Source: an uncultured bacterium
Lineage (GTDB): Bacteria > Pseudomonadota > Gammaproteobacteria > Burkholderiales > Burkholderiaceae_C
Assembly (NCBI GenBank): GCA_903928495.1
Contig: CAIYQZ010000059.1
Location: forward strand, 17,210-81,209
Length of the DNA stretch: 64,000 nucleotides
Direction: 5' to 3'
Numbering within the stretch: the stretch's first letter is position 1; each line of letters begins with the position of its first letter. The notes beneath the pieces were generated by a model. It was not told where the DNA came from, did not search any database, and saw nothing but the letters and a program-made list of their open reading frames with translations. Of the stretch, positions 55,096 through 64,000 are shown piece after piece. The translations under genes and the position numbers were made by a program.

Positions 55096-56109
55096 ATGCC
55101 CGCCATGTCTGCTGCGCCTTTGCCTTCCCAACGTCCCGTGTCCGTGTCACCCACTCCGGCCCTGCCGCGCCTGCTGTTGTCGTTCGCCTCGGTCCTGGAC
55201 GAAGGCTGCCAAAGCTTGCTGGGCACCCTCGCATTGCCCCATCTCACCCGGTTGCTGGCCCTGGGGCCCACGGTGACGCCTGAAACCCCAGCGCCCACTG
55301 ATGGCGAACGGACGCTGACCCCGCCGCACGAGCGCGCCCACTCCGCACTGCTGGGCATGAGCGCGCCCGACGGCCAAGTGCCTTGGGCCGCGTGGAGCAC
55401 CCACAGCACAACCGCCGCCGCTTGGTTCACGCCCTGCCACCAAGAGGTGGGCAACGGCCACGTCACGCTGCACGACCCGCAGGCGCTGGGCTTGAGCGAA
55501 GCCCATTCCCGCACCCTGCTGGCCGCACTGCAACCCTGGGCGCAGGAAGACGGCATCACACTCACCTGGCACGCGCCCGACCGCTGGCTGGCGCAAGGCG
55601 CTGTGTTTGAAGGGCAGGCCACCGCGTCGCTGGACCGGGTGGTGGGCCGCTCCATCGCGCCGTGGCTGCCCATGGCCCCGGCCGCCGCCCCGCTGCGCCG
55701 CCTGCAAAACGAAGCACAAATGCTGTTCTACACCCACCCTGCGCACGACGAACGGGTGGCCGCCGGGCTGGCCCCGGTCAACGCGTTCTGGATCAGCGGC
55801 AGCGGTGCGTGCCCCACCGCCCCGGCGGGAATTGCTGACAACGTGACGGTAGACGACCGCCTGCGCACCCCCGCCCTGCGCGGCGACTGGGCCGCATGGC
55901 AACTGGCCTGGCAACAACTCGACGCCGAAGTGCTACCCGCCTGGCTGGCCCGCGCGCAAGCCGGTGAGCGGGTGCAGCTCACCCTGTGTGGCGAGCGCAG
56001 CTTCACCACCCTGGCTTGGGGGCCACGCAGCCCCTGGCAACGCTTTCGCGCCAATATTTCAAACATTTTTGGCACCCAGCGCTTATCTGAATTGCTTTCA
56101 CCACTATGA
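55096..56109 (+). CDS. conserved hypothetical protein
   Basis: Long ORF with host-like codon usage. The stop overlaps the recJ ATG (ATGA). The start is uncertain (GTG at 55081 or ATG at 55096). Confidence 0.6.
   Translation: MPAMSAAPLPSQRPVSVSPTPALPRLLLSFASVLDEGCQSLLGTLALPHLTRLLALGPTVTPETPAPTDGERTLTPPHERAHSALLGMSAPDGQVPWAAWSTHSTTAAAWFTPCHQEVGNGHVTLHDPQALGLSEAHSRTLLAALQPWAQEDGITLTWHAPDRWLAQGAVFEGQATASLDRVVGRSIAPWLPMAPAAAPLRRLQNEAQMLFYTHPAHDERVAAGLAPVNAFWISGSGACPTAPAGIADNVTVDDRLRTPALRGDWAAWQLAWQQLDAEVLPAWLARAQAGERVQLTLCGERSFTTLAWGPRSPWQRFRANISNIFGTQRLSELLSPL
56066..56107 (-). repeat. 42-bp motif copy R (spans the hypothetical-gene stop and the recJ start)
   Basis: The reverse strand reads ATAGTGGTGaaagcaattcAGATAAGCGCTGGGTGCcaAAAAA. 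The plus strand encodes IFGTQRLSELLSPL-stop. Confidence 0.65.
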
Positions 56110-57842
56110 AAATCATTGACCGCGACGTTCCCCCTCGCGCCCTGTGGGCGCTGGAGCAGGCCGGCATTCACCCCCTGCTGGCGCGCCTGTACGCCGCACG
56201 CGGCATGACCAGCGCCGACGAACTTGACGACAGCCTGGCCCGCCTGCTGCCCCCTTCCACCCTGAAACACGCCGACACGGCCGCCCGCCTGCTGGCAGAC
56301 GCGTTTGAGCAGCGCCAGCGCATCTGCATCGTGGCCGATTACGACTGCGACGGCGCCACCGCCTGCGCCGTGGGCCTGCGCGGCCTGAAGATGCTGGCCG
56401 CGCCTCTTGCGTTTGACGGCATCAGCTACCTGGTGCCCGACCGGGTTGCCGACGGCTACGGCCTGACGCCCAGCATTGCCCGCCGCGTGGCCGCCACGGG
56501 CGCGCAGGTGCTGGTGACCGTGGACAACGGCATTGCCAGCCTGGAAGGCGTGGCCACCGCCCGCGAACTGGGCCTGCAAGTGCTGGTGACCGACCACCAC
56601 CTGCCTGCCCAAATCGACGGCCAAGTGGTACTGCCCGCCGACTGCGTCATCGTCAACCCCAACCAGCCTGAATGCGGGTTTGAAAGCAAAGCCATCGCTG
56701 GCGTGGGCGTCATGTTCTACGTGCTGCTGGCCCTGCGCGCCGAATTGCGCAACCGGGGTGTGTTCGATGCCAAAAGCCAACCGAAGGTGGACAACCTGTT
56801 GCCGCTGGTGGCGCTGGGCACCGTGGCCGACGTGGTGAAACTTGACGCCAACAACCGCCGCCTGGTGGCCCAGGGCCTGAAGCGTGTGCGCGCCGGTGCC
56901 CTGCCCCCCGGCCTGGCCGCGCTGTTTGCCGTGGCCAGCCGCAAGCCCGAGGCAGCCACCGCCTTCGACTTCGGCTTTGCCGTCGGCCCGCGCCTGAACG
57001 CTGCCGGGCGCCTGTCTGACATGACGCTGGGCATTGAATGCCTGGCCACCGACGACCCCACCCAGGCCACCGAACTGGCACGCATGCTCGACGGCATCAA
57101 CCGCGAACGCAAAGCCATCGAGGGCGACATGCGCGAGATGGCCCTGCAACTGGCCGACGAGATGCTGGACGAGTCCGAAGAACCGCCACCGGCGCTCTGT
57201 GTCTTTGACCCCGACTTTCATGAAGGCGTGGTGGGCATCGTGGCCTCACGCCTGAAAGACAAGCTGCACCGCCCCACCTTTGTCTTTGCCATGAGCCAAG
57301 CCGAGGGCAAAGAACATGAGCTGAAGGGCTCGGGCCGCAGCATTCCCGGTTTTCACCTGCGCGACGCGCTGGACCTGGTGGCCAAGCGCTGCCCCGGCGT
57401 GCTGCTGCGCTTTGGCGGCCACGCCATGGCGGCAGGCTGCACCATTGACGCCGACCGGCTTGACGAATTCGAGGCCGCATTGCAGCAGGTGGCCCATGAA
57501 TGGCTGGACGCCGCCACCCTGACACGCCGCCTGGCGGCAGATGGCCCACTGGACAAACAGTTCCGCCGCATCGACGTGGTCGATGCCCTGCACAAAGAGG
57601 TGTGGGGCCAGGGCTTTGCCCCGCCCGTGTTTGCCGAGGTGGTGGACGTGGTGAGCCAGCGGTTGGTGGGCGACAAGCACATGGCCCTGAAGCTCAAGCA
57701 CCAAGGCGACCCAGTGGACGCCATGTGGTTCAGCCACACCGAACCCCTGCCCGCCCGCGCGAAACTGGCCTTCAGGCTGGATGCCGATGAGTGGCAGGGG
57801 CAACGCAGGGTGCGGTTTCTGGTGGAAGCGGCTGAAAGCTGA
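56106..57842 (+). CDS. recJ: single-stranded-DNA-specific exonuclease
   Basis: DHH motifs (DYDCDGATA, VTVDNG, VTDHH) and a DHHA1 region. 578 aa. Confidence 0.95.
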   Translation: MKIIDRDVPPRALWALEQAGIHPLLARLYAARGMTSADELDDSLARLLPPSTLKHADTAARLLADAFEQRQRICIVADYDCDGATACAVGLRGLKMLAAPLAFDGISYLVPDRVADGYGLTPSIARRVAATGAQVLVTVDNGIASLEGVATARELGLQVLVTDHHLPAQIDGQVVLPADCVIVNPNQPECGFESKAIAGVGVMFYVLLALRAELRNRGVFDAKSQPKVDNLLPLVALGTVADVVKLDANNRRLVAQGLKRVRAGALPPGLAALFAVASRKPEAATAFDFGFAVGPRLNAAGRLSDMTLGIECLATDDPTQATELARMLDGINRERKAIEGDMREMALQLADEMLDESEEPPPALCVFDPDFHEGVVGIVASRLKDKLHRPTFVFAMSQAEGKEHELKGSGRSIPGFHLRDALDLVAKRCPGVLLRFGGHAMAAGCTIDADRLDEFEAALQQVAHEWLDAATLTRRLAADGPLDKQFRRIDVVDALHKEVWGQGFAPPVFAEVVDVVSQRLVGDKHMALKLKHQGDPVDAMWFSHTEPLPARAKLAFRLDADEWQGQRRVRFLVEAAES

Positions 57843-57888
57843 AGCCCCGCACCGACCACGGGCGGCGGTCGCTCCCTAAAATGCCCCC

Positions 57889-58764
57889 ATGAAAACCCTG
57901 ACACCCACCGGCATCCTGAACGCTGACTTGCATTGCCATTCGGTGGTGTCGGACGGCACCCTCACCCCGGAGCAACTGGCCCAGCGCGCCAAAACCAACG
58001 GGGTGGAGCTGTGGGCTCTGACCGATCATGACGAAGTGGGTGGACAACACCGTGCCATGGCAGCGGCCAGCGCATTGGGTTTGCCCTATCTCACGGGGGT
58101 AGAGGTGTCCGTCACCTTTGCCAGCGTCACAGTTCACATCGTGGGCCTGGGGTTTGACCCTGACCACCCCGCCCTGGTACAAGGCCTGGCCCAAACCCGT
58201 GGCGGGCGCGACCAACGCGCGCAGGAGATGGCCGACCAACTGGCGGCTGTGGGCATCAAGGGCGCATATGACGGCGCGCTGAAATACGTGGGCAACCCTG
58301 AGCTGATTTCACGCACCCACTTCGCGCGTTTTCTGGTGGAAACCGGGGTGTGCCAGGACACCAATGAGGTGTTTCGCCGCTTCCTGACAGAGAACAAACC
58401 CGGCTTTGTGCCGCACCGCTGGGCCAAACTGGGCGACGCCGTGCGCTGGATCCGCGAGGCCGGGGGCATGGCCATCATTGCGCACCCCGCACGGTATGAC
58501 CACAGCCCCACGGCGGAGTACGCGCTGTTCACAGAGTTCATCGCCCACGGCGGCCAGGGAGTGGAGGTGGTGACGGGCAGCCACAGCGCGGCCGAGGCCA
58601 TCCAGTACGCAGACATGGCGCTGGAGTTTGGCCTGGCCGCGTCGCGCGGGAGTGACTTCCACAGCCCTGAGGAAAGCCACACCGACCTGGGTGCCCTGCC
58701 CCACCTGCAAGGAAAGCTCACCCCTGTGTGGGAACTGCTGGCCGACCGCATTCACTGGCACTGA
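57889..58764 (+). CDS. PHP domain phosphoesterase (TrpH/YciV-like)
   Basis: DLHCHSVVSDG, ALTDHD, IAHPARY and GSDFH motifs. Confidence 0.85.
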   Translation: MKTLTPTGILNADLHCHSVVSDGTLTPEQLAQRAKTNGVELWALTDHDEVGGQHRAMAAASALGLPYLTGVEVSVTFASVTVHIVGLGFDPDHPALVQGLAQTRGGRDQRAQEMADQLAAVGIKGAYDGALKYVGNPELISRTHFARFLVETGVCQDTNEVFRRFLTENKPGFVPHRWAKLGDAVRWIREAGGMAIIAHPARYDHSPTAEYALFTEFIAHGGQGVEVVTGSHSAAEAIQYADMALEFGLAASRGSDFHSPEESHTDLGALPHLQGKLTPVWELLADRIHWH

Positions 58765-59682
58765 ATGACCACTGCGGCCGAACCGGCAGCGCGCCCGCTG
58801 CAAGGCATTGCGTTTGTGTTATGCGCCGTAGCGTGTTTTGTGGTGCTGGACACCACGGTGAAGTTCACCAGCGCTGCGGTGTCCGTGCTGGTGGCGGTGT
58901 GGTTCCGCTACCTGTTTCAAGCCCTGGCGGTCAGCCTGGTGATGCTGCTCACCCCTGGCCCTGCGCGCCTGAAAACAGACCACCCAAAGTTCCAGGTGGT
59001 GCGTGGCCTGTTGCTGTTGTCGGTCAGCATCCTGAGCTTCATCAGCGTGAGCCTGATGCCTGTGGGCGAATTCACGGCCATCGTGATGCTGGCACCGCTG
59101 GTCGTCACGCTGCTGGCGGCGGTTTTCCTCAAGGAGTGTGTAAGCCCCCTGCGCTGGGTGTTGGTGGCAGGTGGCTTCTGTGGGGCCTTGTTCATCGTGC
59201 AGCCGGGCGGGCACTCGCTTGGCTGGGTCACCTTGCTGCCACTGTTGATGGTGCTGGTGTATGCCAGTTTTCAGATCCTGACCAGCCGCATGGCCCGCAC
59301 CGAGCACCCCATGACCATGCACCTGTACACCGGATGGGTAGGAGCGCTGGCCATGACGGCGGTGTTGCCGCTGGCATGGACGGGCTGGCCCGATGGCCAC
59401 ACACTGGCACTGCTGTGCCTCGTGGGCCTGATGGGCACCGTGGGCCACTTTTTTCTCATCATGGCCTACGCAAGGGCACCGGCCTCCACACTCAGCCCTT
59501 ACCTGTATGCCCAGATCGGTTTTGCGATGCTGGCAGGCTGGTGGGTGTTCGACCATGTGCCCGGTGTGCTCGAATGGATCGGAGTCGGGCTGATTGCGAC
59601 GTGTGGCGTGGCAGCCGGTTGGCTGAGTGCGCGCCAAACGCCAAGCAAAGCGCGGATAGAACCCGACGTGCCAGAGCCTTGA
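58765..59682 (+). CDS. EamA/DMT family transporter
   Basis: Ten TM helices. The ATG is immediately after the upstream stop (TGAATG). Confidence 0.85.
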   Translation: MTTAAEPAARPLQGIAFVLCAVACFVVLDTTVKFTSAAVSVLVAVWFRYLFQALAVSLVMLLTPGPARLKTDHPKFQVVRGLLLLSVSILSFISVSLMPVGEFTAIVMLAPLVVTLLAAVFLKECVSPLRWVLVAGGFCGALFIVQPGGHSLGWVTLLPLLMVLVYASFQILTSRMARTEHPMTMHLYTGWVGALAMTAVLPLAWTGWPDGHTLALLCLVGLMGTVGHFFLIMAYARAPASTLSPYLYAQIGFAMLAGWWVFDHVPGVLEWIGVGLIATCGVAAGWLSARQTPSKARIEPDVPEP

Positions 59683-59739
59683 CGTTACAGTGGTTGCCCA
59701 CACTTTGTGTTCATGCCCCAACGCATGTCCCCCTACCGC

Positions 59740-60891
<1,152 letters not shown>

Positions 60892-60924
60892 CCAGCCCCG
60901 GTGACATTCGCGACAAGCCGCCGC

Positions 60925-61719
60925 TCAAGCGGGCTTGTCGCCGGTGTCTTCGTCTTCCTTGGGTGCAGGCTTGACCATGTATTTGGCACCCAGAATGCCA
61001 AACTCATACAGGATGGTCATGGGAATGGCCAAGGCCAGCTGCGAAATCACATCGGGTGGCGTGACGATGGCGGCAATCACAAACGCAATGACGATGAAAT
61101 AGCCCCGGAAGTCGCGCAGCTGCTCGATGGTCACCATGCCAAAACGCACCAGCAACACCACCACGATGGGTACCTGGAACGCCATGCCAAAGGCCAGGTA
61201 CAGCGACAAAATGGCTTCCACATACGACGCAATGTCGGGCGTGGCGGCCACACTTTCGGGCGTGAAGTTCTGGATGAACCCGAACATCTTGTCCAGCACA
61301 AAAAACTGCACGAAGGCAATGCCCACGTAGGCCAGCAGGCTGCCGAAAAAGATCAGGGGCAAGGCGAAATGCTTTTCGTGGCTGTAAAGGCCCGGGGCCA
61401 CAAACGCCCAAGCCTGGTACATCAGCCAAGGCAAGGCCAGCAACAGCCCCGCCATCATCAACACCTTGAGCGGAATGAAAAACGGGGAGAACACGCCCAC
61501 GGCAATCAGTTTGGCGTCGGGCGGCATGTGGGCACGGATGGGAACCGCAATGAGGTCGATCAGGCCTGACGGCCCTGGCCAGATGGCCAGCAGGATCATG
61601 GCCACAGCCACACCGGCCAGGCTGTACATCATGCGGTCGCGCAGCTCGATCAGGTGCTGGACAAAAGGCTGCTCGGTCCCGGCCAGTTCGTCTTGGGGAC
61701 CTTTTGTGTTGTCGGACAT
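60925..61719 (-). CDS. tatC: twin-arginine translocase subunit TatC
   Basis: FVQHLIELRDR..., six TM helices, TPPD motif. Confidence 0.95.
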   Translation of the reverse strand: MSDNTKGPQDELAGTEQPFVQHLIELRDRMMYSLAGVAVAMILLAIWPGPSGLIDLIAVPIRAHMPPDAKLIAVGVFSPFFIPLKVLMMAGLLLALPWLMYQAWAFVAPGLYSHEKHFALPLIFFGSLLAYVGIAFVQFFVLDKMFGFIQNFTPESVAATPDIASYVEAILSLYLAFGMAFQVPIVVVLLVRFGMVTIEQLRDFRGYFIVIAFVIAAIVTPPDVISQLALAIPMTILYEFGILGAKYMVKPAPKEDEDTGDKPA

Positions 61720-61722
61720 CGG

Positions 61723-62208
61723 TCAGCTCAGGGTGGAACGGGGTTTGGGCCGAAAACGCGCCACGCGCGCCGCACCAGACTGCACCCGCGTGCGCACGCC
61801 GCTGCGGGCCTTGTACCACTGCGGCATGGCTTTTTGTTTGACCCGCCATTTTTTGGCGGGGTTCTTGTACTCGGGCACCAACGGTGCGCCCAGGTCGATG
61901 AGAGCTTCGTGGGTGGACGTGCTGTACTCGTTGGTGGCATCGGCCCAGGACTTTTCAAAATCGGCCGCACCGGACTGGATGGAGGACTCCACGTCGCTGG
62001 CGGCGGTTTTGACCGTGTCGCGCATTTTCTTGAGCTCTTCGAGCTCGATGGAGCGGTTCACCTCGGCCTTCACATCGGCCACGTACCGCTGTGCTTTGCC
62101 CAGCAGCGCCCCGACCGTGCGAGCGAGCTTGGGCAACTTTTCGGGGCCAATGACCACCAGCGCCACCGCGCCGATCAGCGCGAGTTTGGAAATGCCAAGG
62201 TCAATCAT
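61723..62208 (-). CDS. tatB: twin-arginine translocase subunit TatB
   Basis: [26 protein letters not shown] is the canonical TatB N-terminus. Confidence 0.88.
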   Translation of the reverse strand: MIDLGISKLALIGAVALVVIGPEKLPKLARTVGALLGKAQRYVADVKAEVNRSIELEELKKMRDTVKTAASDVESSIQSGAADFEKSWADATNEYSTSTHEALIDLGAPLVPEYKNPAKKWRVKQKAMPQWYKARSGVRTRVQSGAARVARFRPKPRSTLS

Positions 62209-62227
62209 GTATCAGCCCTGTGGGGGC

Positions 62228-62473
62228 TCAGCTCTTGGTCTTGGCTTCGACGTCAATGGTGGTGGACTTGTCAGCCGTGGTGGCCTGGGTCACCTGAGGC
62301 TTGGCAGCGGTGGCGTCGTCGGCAGCAGCGCCGGTGCCGTCCTTCATGCCATCTTTGAAGCCCTTGACTGCGCCGCCCAGATCGGAGCCCATGTTCTTGA
62401 GCTTCTTGGTGCCAAACACCATGACCACAATCAGCAGCACGATCAACCAGTGCCAAATGGAAAAACTACCCAT
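62228..62473 (-). CDS. tatA: twin-arginine translocase subunit TatA
   Basis: [36 protein letters not shown] at 62473. Confidence 0.92.
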   Translation of the reverse strand: MGSFSIWHWLIVLLIVVMVFGTKKLKNMGSDLGGAVKGFKDGMKDGTGAAADDATAAKPQVTQATTADKSTTIDVEAKTKS

Positions 62474-62535
62474 GACCAACTCCTTGTGAATGTGACCCAC
62501 ACCCCTGGGGGTGTGACTGCGGTGGATTCTAAACG

Positions 62536-62895
62536 TCAGCCCCTCAACCAAGGGCGGGGGCCGCCCATGACATGGACGTGCAAGTGGTGTATTTCCTGGC
62601 CGCCCTCGTCTCCCGTGTTGATGACAACCCGAAACCCACCCTCCGGATAGGGTTTGCAGCCCTGTTCCAGCGCCAGGCGGGGAGCCAGGACGAGCATGCG
62701 GCCCAGCAGGGCTTCATGCTCGGGCCCTGCTTGCGCCAGTGACGGGATGTGCAGCTTGGGCACCATCAAAAAATGCACGGGCGCCCAGGGGTTGATGTCG
62801 TGGAAGGCGTAGATGTGGTCGTCTTCGTAGACCTTGCGGCTGGGGATTTTCCCGGCCGCGATTTTGCAGAACAGGCAATTTTCATCGACAGACAT
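62536..62895 (-). CDS. HIT family (HinT-like) nucleotide hydrolase
   Basis: CLFCKIAAG and histidine triad HHLHVHV. ATG at 62895. Confidence 0.9.
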   Translation of the reverse strand: MSVDENCLFCKIAAGKIPSRKVYEDDHIYAFHDINPWAPVHFLMVPKLHIPSLAQAGPEHEALLGRMLVLAPRLALEQGCKPYPEGGFRVVINTGDEGGQEIHHLHVHVMGGPRPWLRG

Positions 62896-62897
62896 GT

Positions 62898-63266
62898 TCA
62901 CTCCTCCATCGCCTGGCCTGCGTTCATGCGCAGGAAGCCTTTGGCGATGCGATACAAAAACCAGATGGAAATCAGCCACCAGGCCACCATCCCCGGCAAC
63001 AAAAACAGCAGCCACAGCGGCAGGGTGATCAGGTACAACCCACCCGCAATGAACAGCGTGCGCAGCCGCCACGTGAAGTGGCTGGCGTGCCAGGTGCCCG
63101 CTGCGTCGCTGCGCTTGACCAGGTCGATCACCAGCGCCACCAGGAGCAGCGTCACGCCCATTTGTGCGCCGGGGATGAAGGCGGCCACGGCCACGACGAG
63201 GTGCAGCAGGTAGCTGACCACGCCCAGTGTGTTCAGGCTTTGGAGGCGTTCTGTTTCGGTTTGCAT
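62898..63266 (-). CDS. small integral membrane protein
   Basis: Three to four hydrophobic helices. ATG at 63266. The family is not certain. Confidence 0.55.
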   Translation of the reverse strand: MQTETERLQSLNTLGVVSYLLHLVVAVAAFIPGAQMGVTLLLVALVIDLVKRSDAAGTWHASHFTWRLRTLFIAGGLYLITLPLWLLFLLPGMVAWWLISIWFLYRIAKGFLRMNAGQAMEE

Positions 63267-63294
63267 GGGGCAGGTCTTTGGGGTGTGGCCGTTG

Positions 63295-63675
63295 TCAGGC
63301 TTCGCCTGCACGGTCTTTGGCTTTGCGCAGGGCTTTTTCTTCCAGCCCGCTCAGGCCTTCGCGGCGCACGAGTTCGGCCACCACGTCGGCAGGCGTCAGT
63401 CCGTAATGGGCCAGCGCGATCATGCTGTGAAACCACAAATCAGCCACCTCACCCACCAGAGGCTGGGTGGAGGCGCCGTGGTCGGCGTCTTTGGCGGCCA
63501 GCACCACTTCAGTGGCCTCTTCACCGATTTTTTTCAGGAAGGCGTCGGGGCCTTTGTGCAGCAGGCGCGACACGTAGCTTGTGTCGGGGTTGCCGCCGTT
63601 GGCAGGTTTGCGGCTTTCAATGACCTGGGCCAGGCGGTCCAGGGCGTCGGTGGGGGCGAGTGAAGATGTGGTCAT
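63295..63675 (-). CDS. hisE: phosphoribosyl-ATP pyrophosphatase
   Basis: [31 protein letters not shown]...EVADLWFH is typical of HisE. It overlaps the hisI stop by 4 nt. Confidence 0.9.
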   Translation of the reverse strand: MTTSSLAPTDALDRLAQVIESRKPANGGNPDTSYVSRLLHKGPDAFLKKIGEEATEVVLAAKDADHGASTQPLVGEVADLWFHSMIALAHYGLTPADVVAELVRREGLSGLEEKALRKAKDRAGEA

Positions 63676-64000
63676 TTGTAAATGTGCTCGGGATCCTTGA
63701 GCACAGGCTCAACCGCTGCCCAACGCCCATCTTCGTATTTTTGAAAGAAACAACTGTGACGACCGGTGTGACAGGCAATGCCTGGCTCGTGCCCCAGCTG
63801 GGTGACCTTCAGCAGCACCACGTCGTTGTCGCAATCGAGCCGGATGTCGTGCACGGTTTGCACGTGGCCAGACTCTTCGCCCTTGAACCACAGCTTGCCA
63901 CGCGAGCGGCTGAAGTACACGGCACGACCCAGCTCGGCAGTTTTGGCCAAGGCTTCGCGGTTCATCCAGGCGAACATCAGCACGTCGCCAGTGGCGGCCT
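63672..64000 (-). CDS. hisI: phosphoribosyl-AMP cyclohydrolase (5' end outside window)
   Basis: [19 protein letters not shown]...[11 protein letters not shown]...[13 protein letters not shown] contains the canonical HisI motifs. Confidence 0.9.
   Translation of the reverse strand, partial: AATGDVLMFAWMNREALAKTAELGRAVYFSRSRGKLWFKGEESGHVQTVHDIRLDCDNDVVLLKVTQLGHEPGIACHTGRHSCFFQKYEDGRWAAVEPVLKDPEHIYK

Overview
This is a high-GC proteobacterial chromosome segment. The gene content and order (rpmB-rpmG, prfC, purN, ribF-ileS-lspA, lolCD-recJ, tatABC-hinT-hisEI) look betaproteobacterial and Comamonadaceae-like; that taxon call is inference. I call about 60 protein genes. I see no rRNA, tRNA or CRISPR array, and no transposase or integrase.

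Most of the window is core metabolism and housekeeping, with two accessory defence islands:
- A Type III restriction-modification pair, mod-res, at 7040-12171, wedged between a FAH-family hydrolase gene and purN.
- A tightly packed four-gene minus-strand operon at 44967-49175. It encodes an MmeI-family Type IIL enzyme, an unrecognisable 289-aa ORF with an R-x4-H (HEPN-like) signature, and a DUF4160/DUF2442 pair.

The window is also rich in c-di-GMP genes: three GGDEF proteins, one of them in a porin/binding-protein-like/cyclase module.

The most unusual signal is at the DNA level. A ~42-bp bipartite, locally AT-rich motif (ATAGCTG-N15/16-ATCAAGCGCTGGAGGC-NN-TTTT) recurs at least 14 times.
- Eleven copies lie inside otherwise ordinary ORFs without breaking frame, and they re-use the same reading frames.
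- The three intergenic copies sit immediately upstream of genes, and two of them bracket the Type III R-M island.

All calls come from reading the supplied translations and the nucleotides. No database search was possible.
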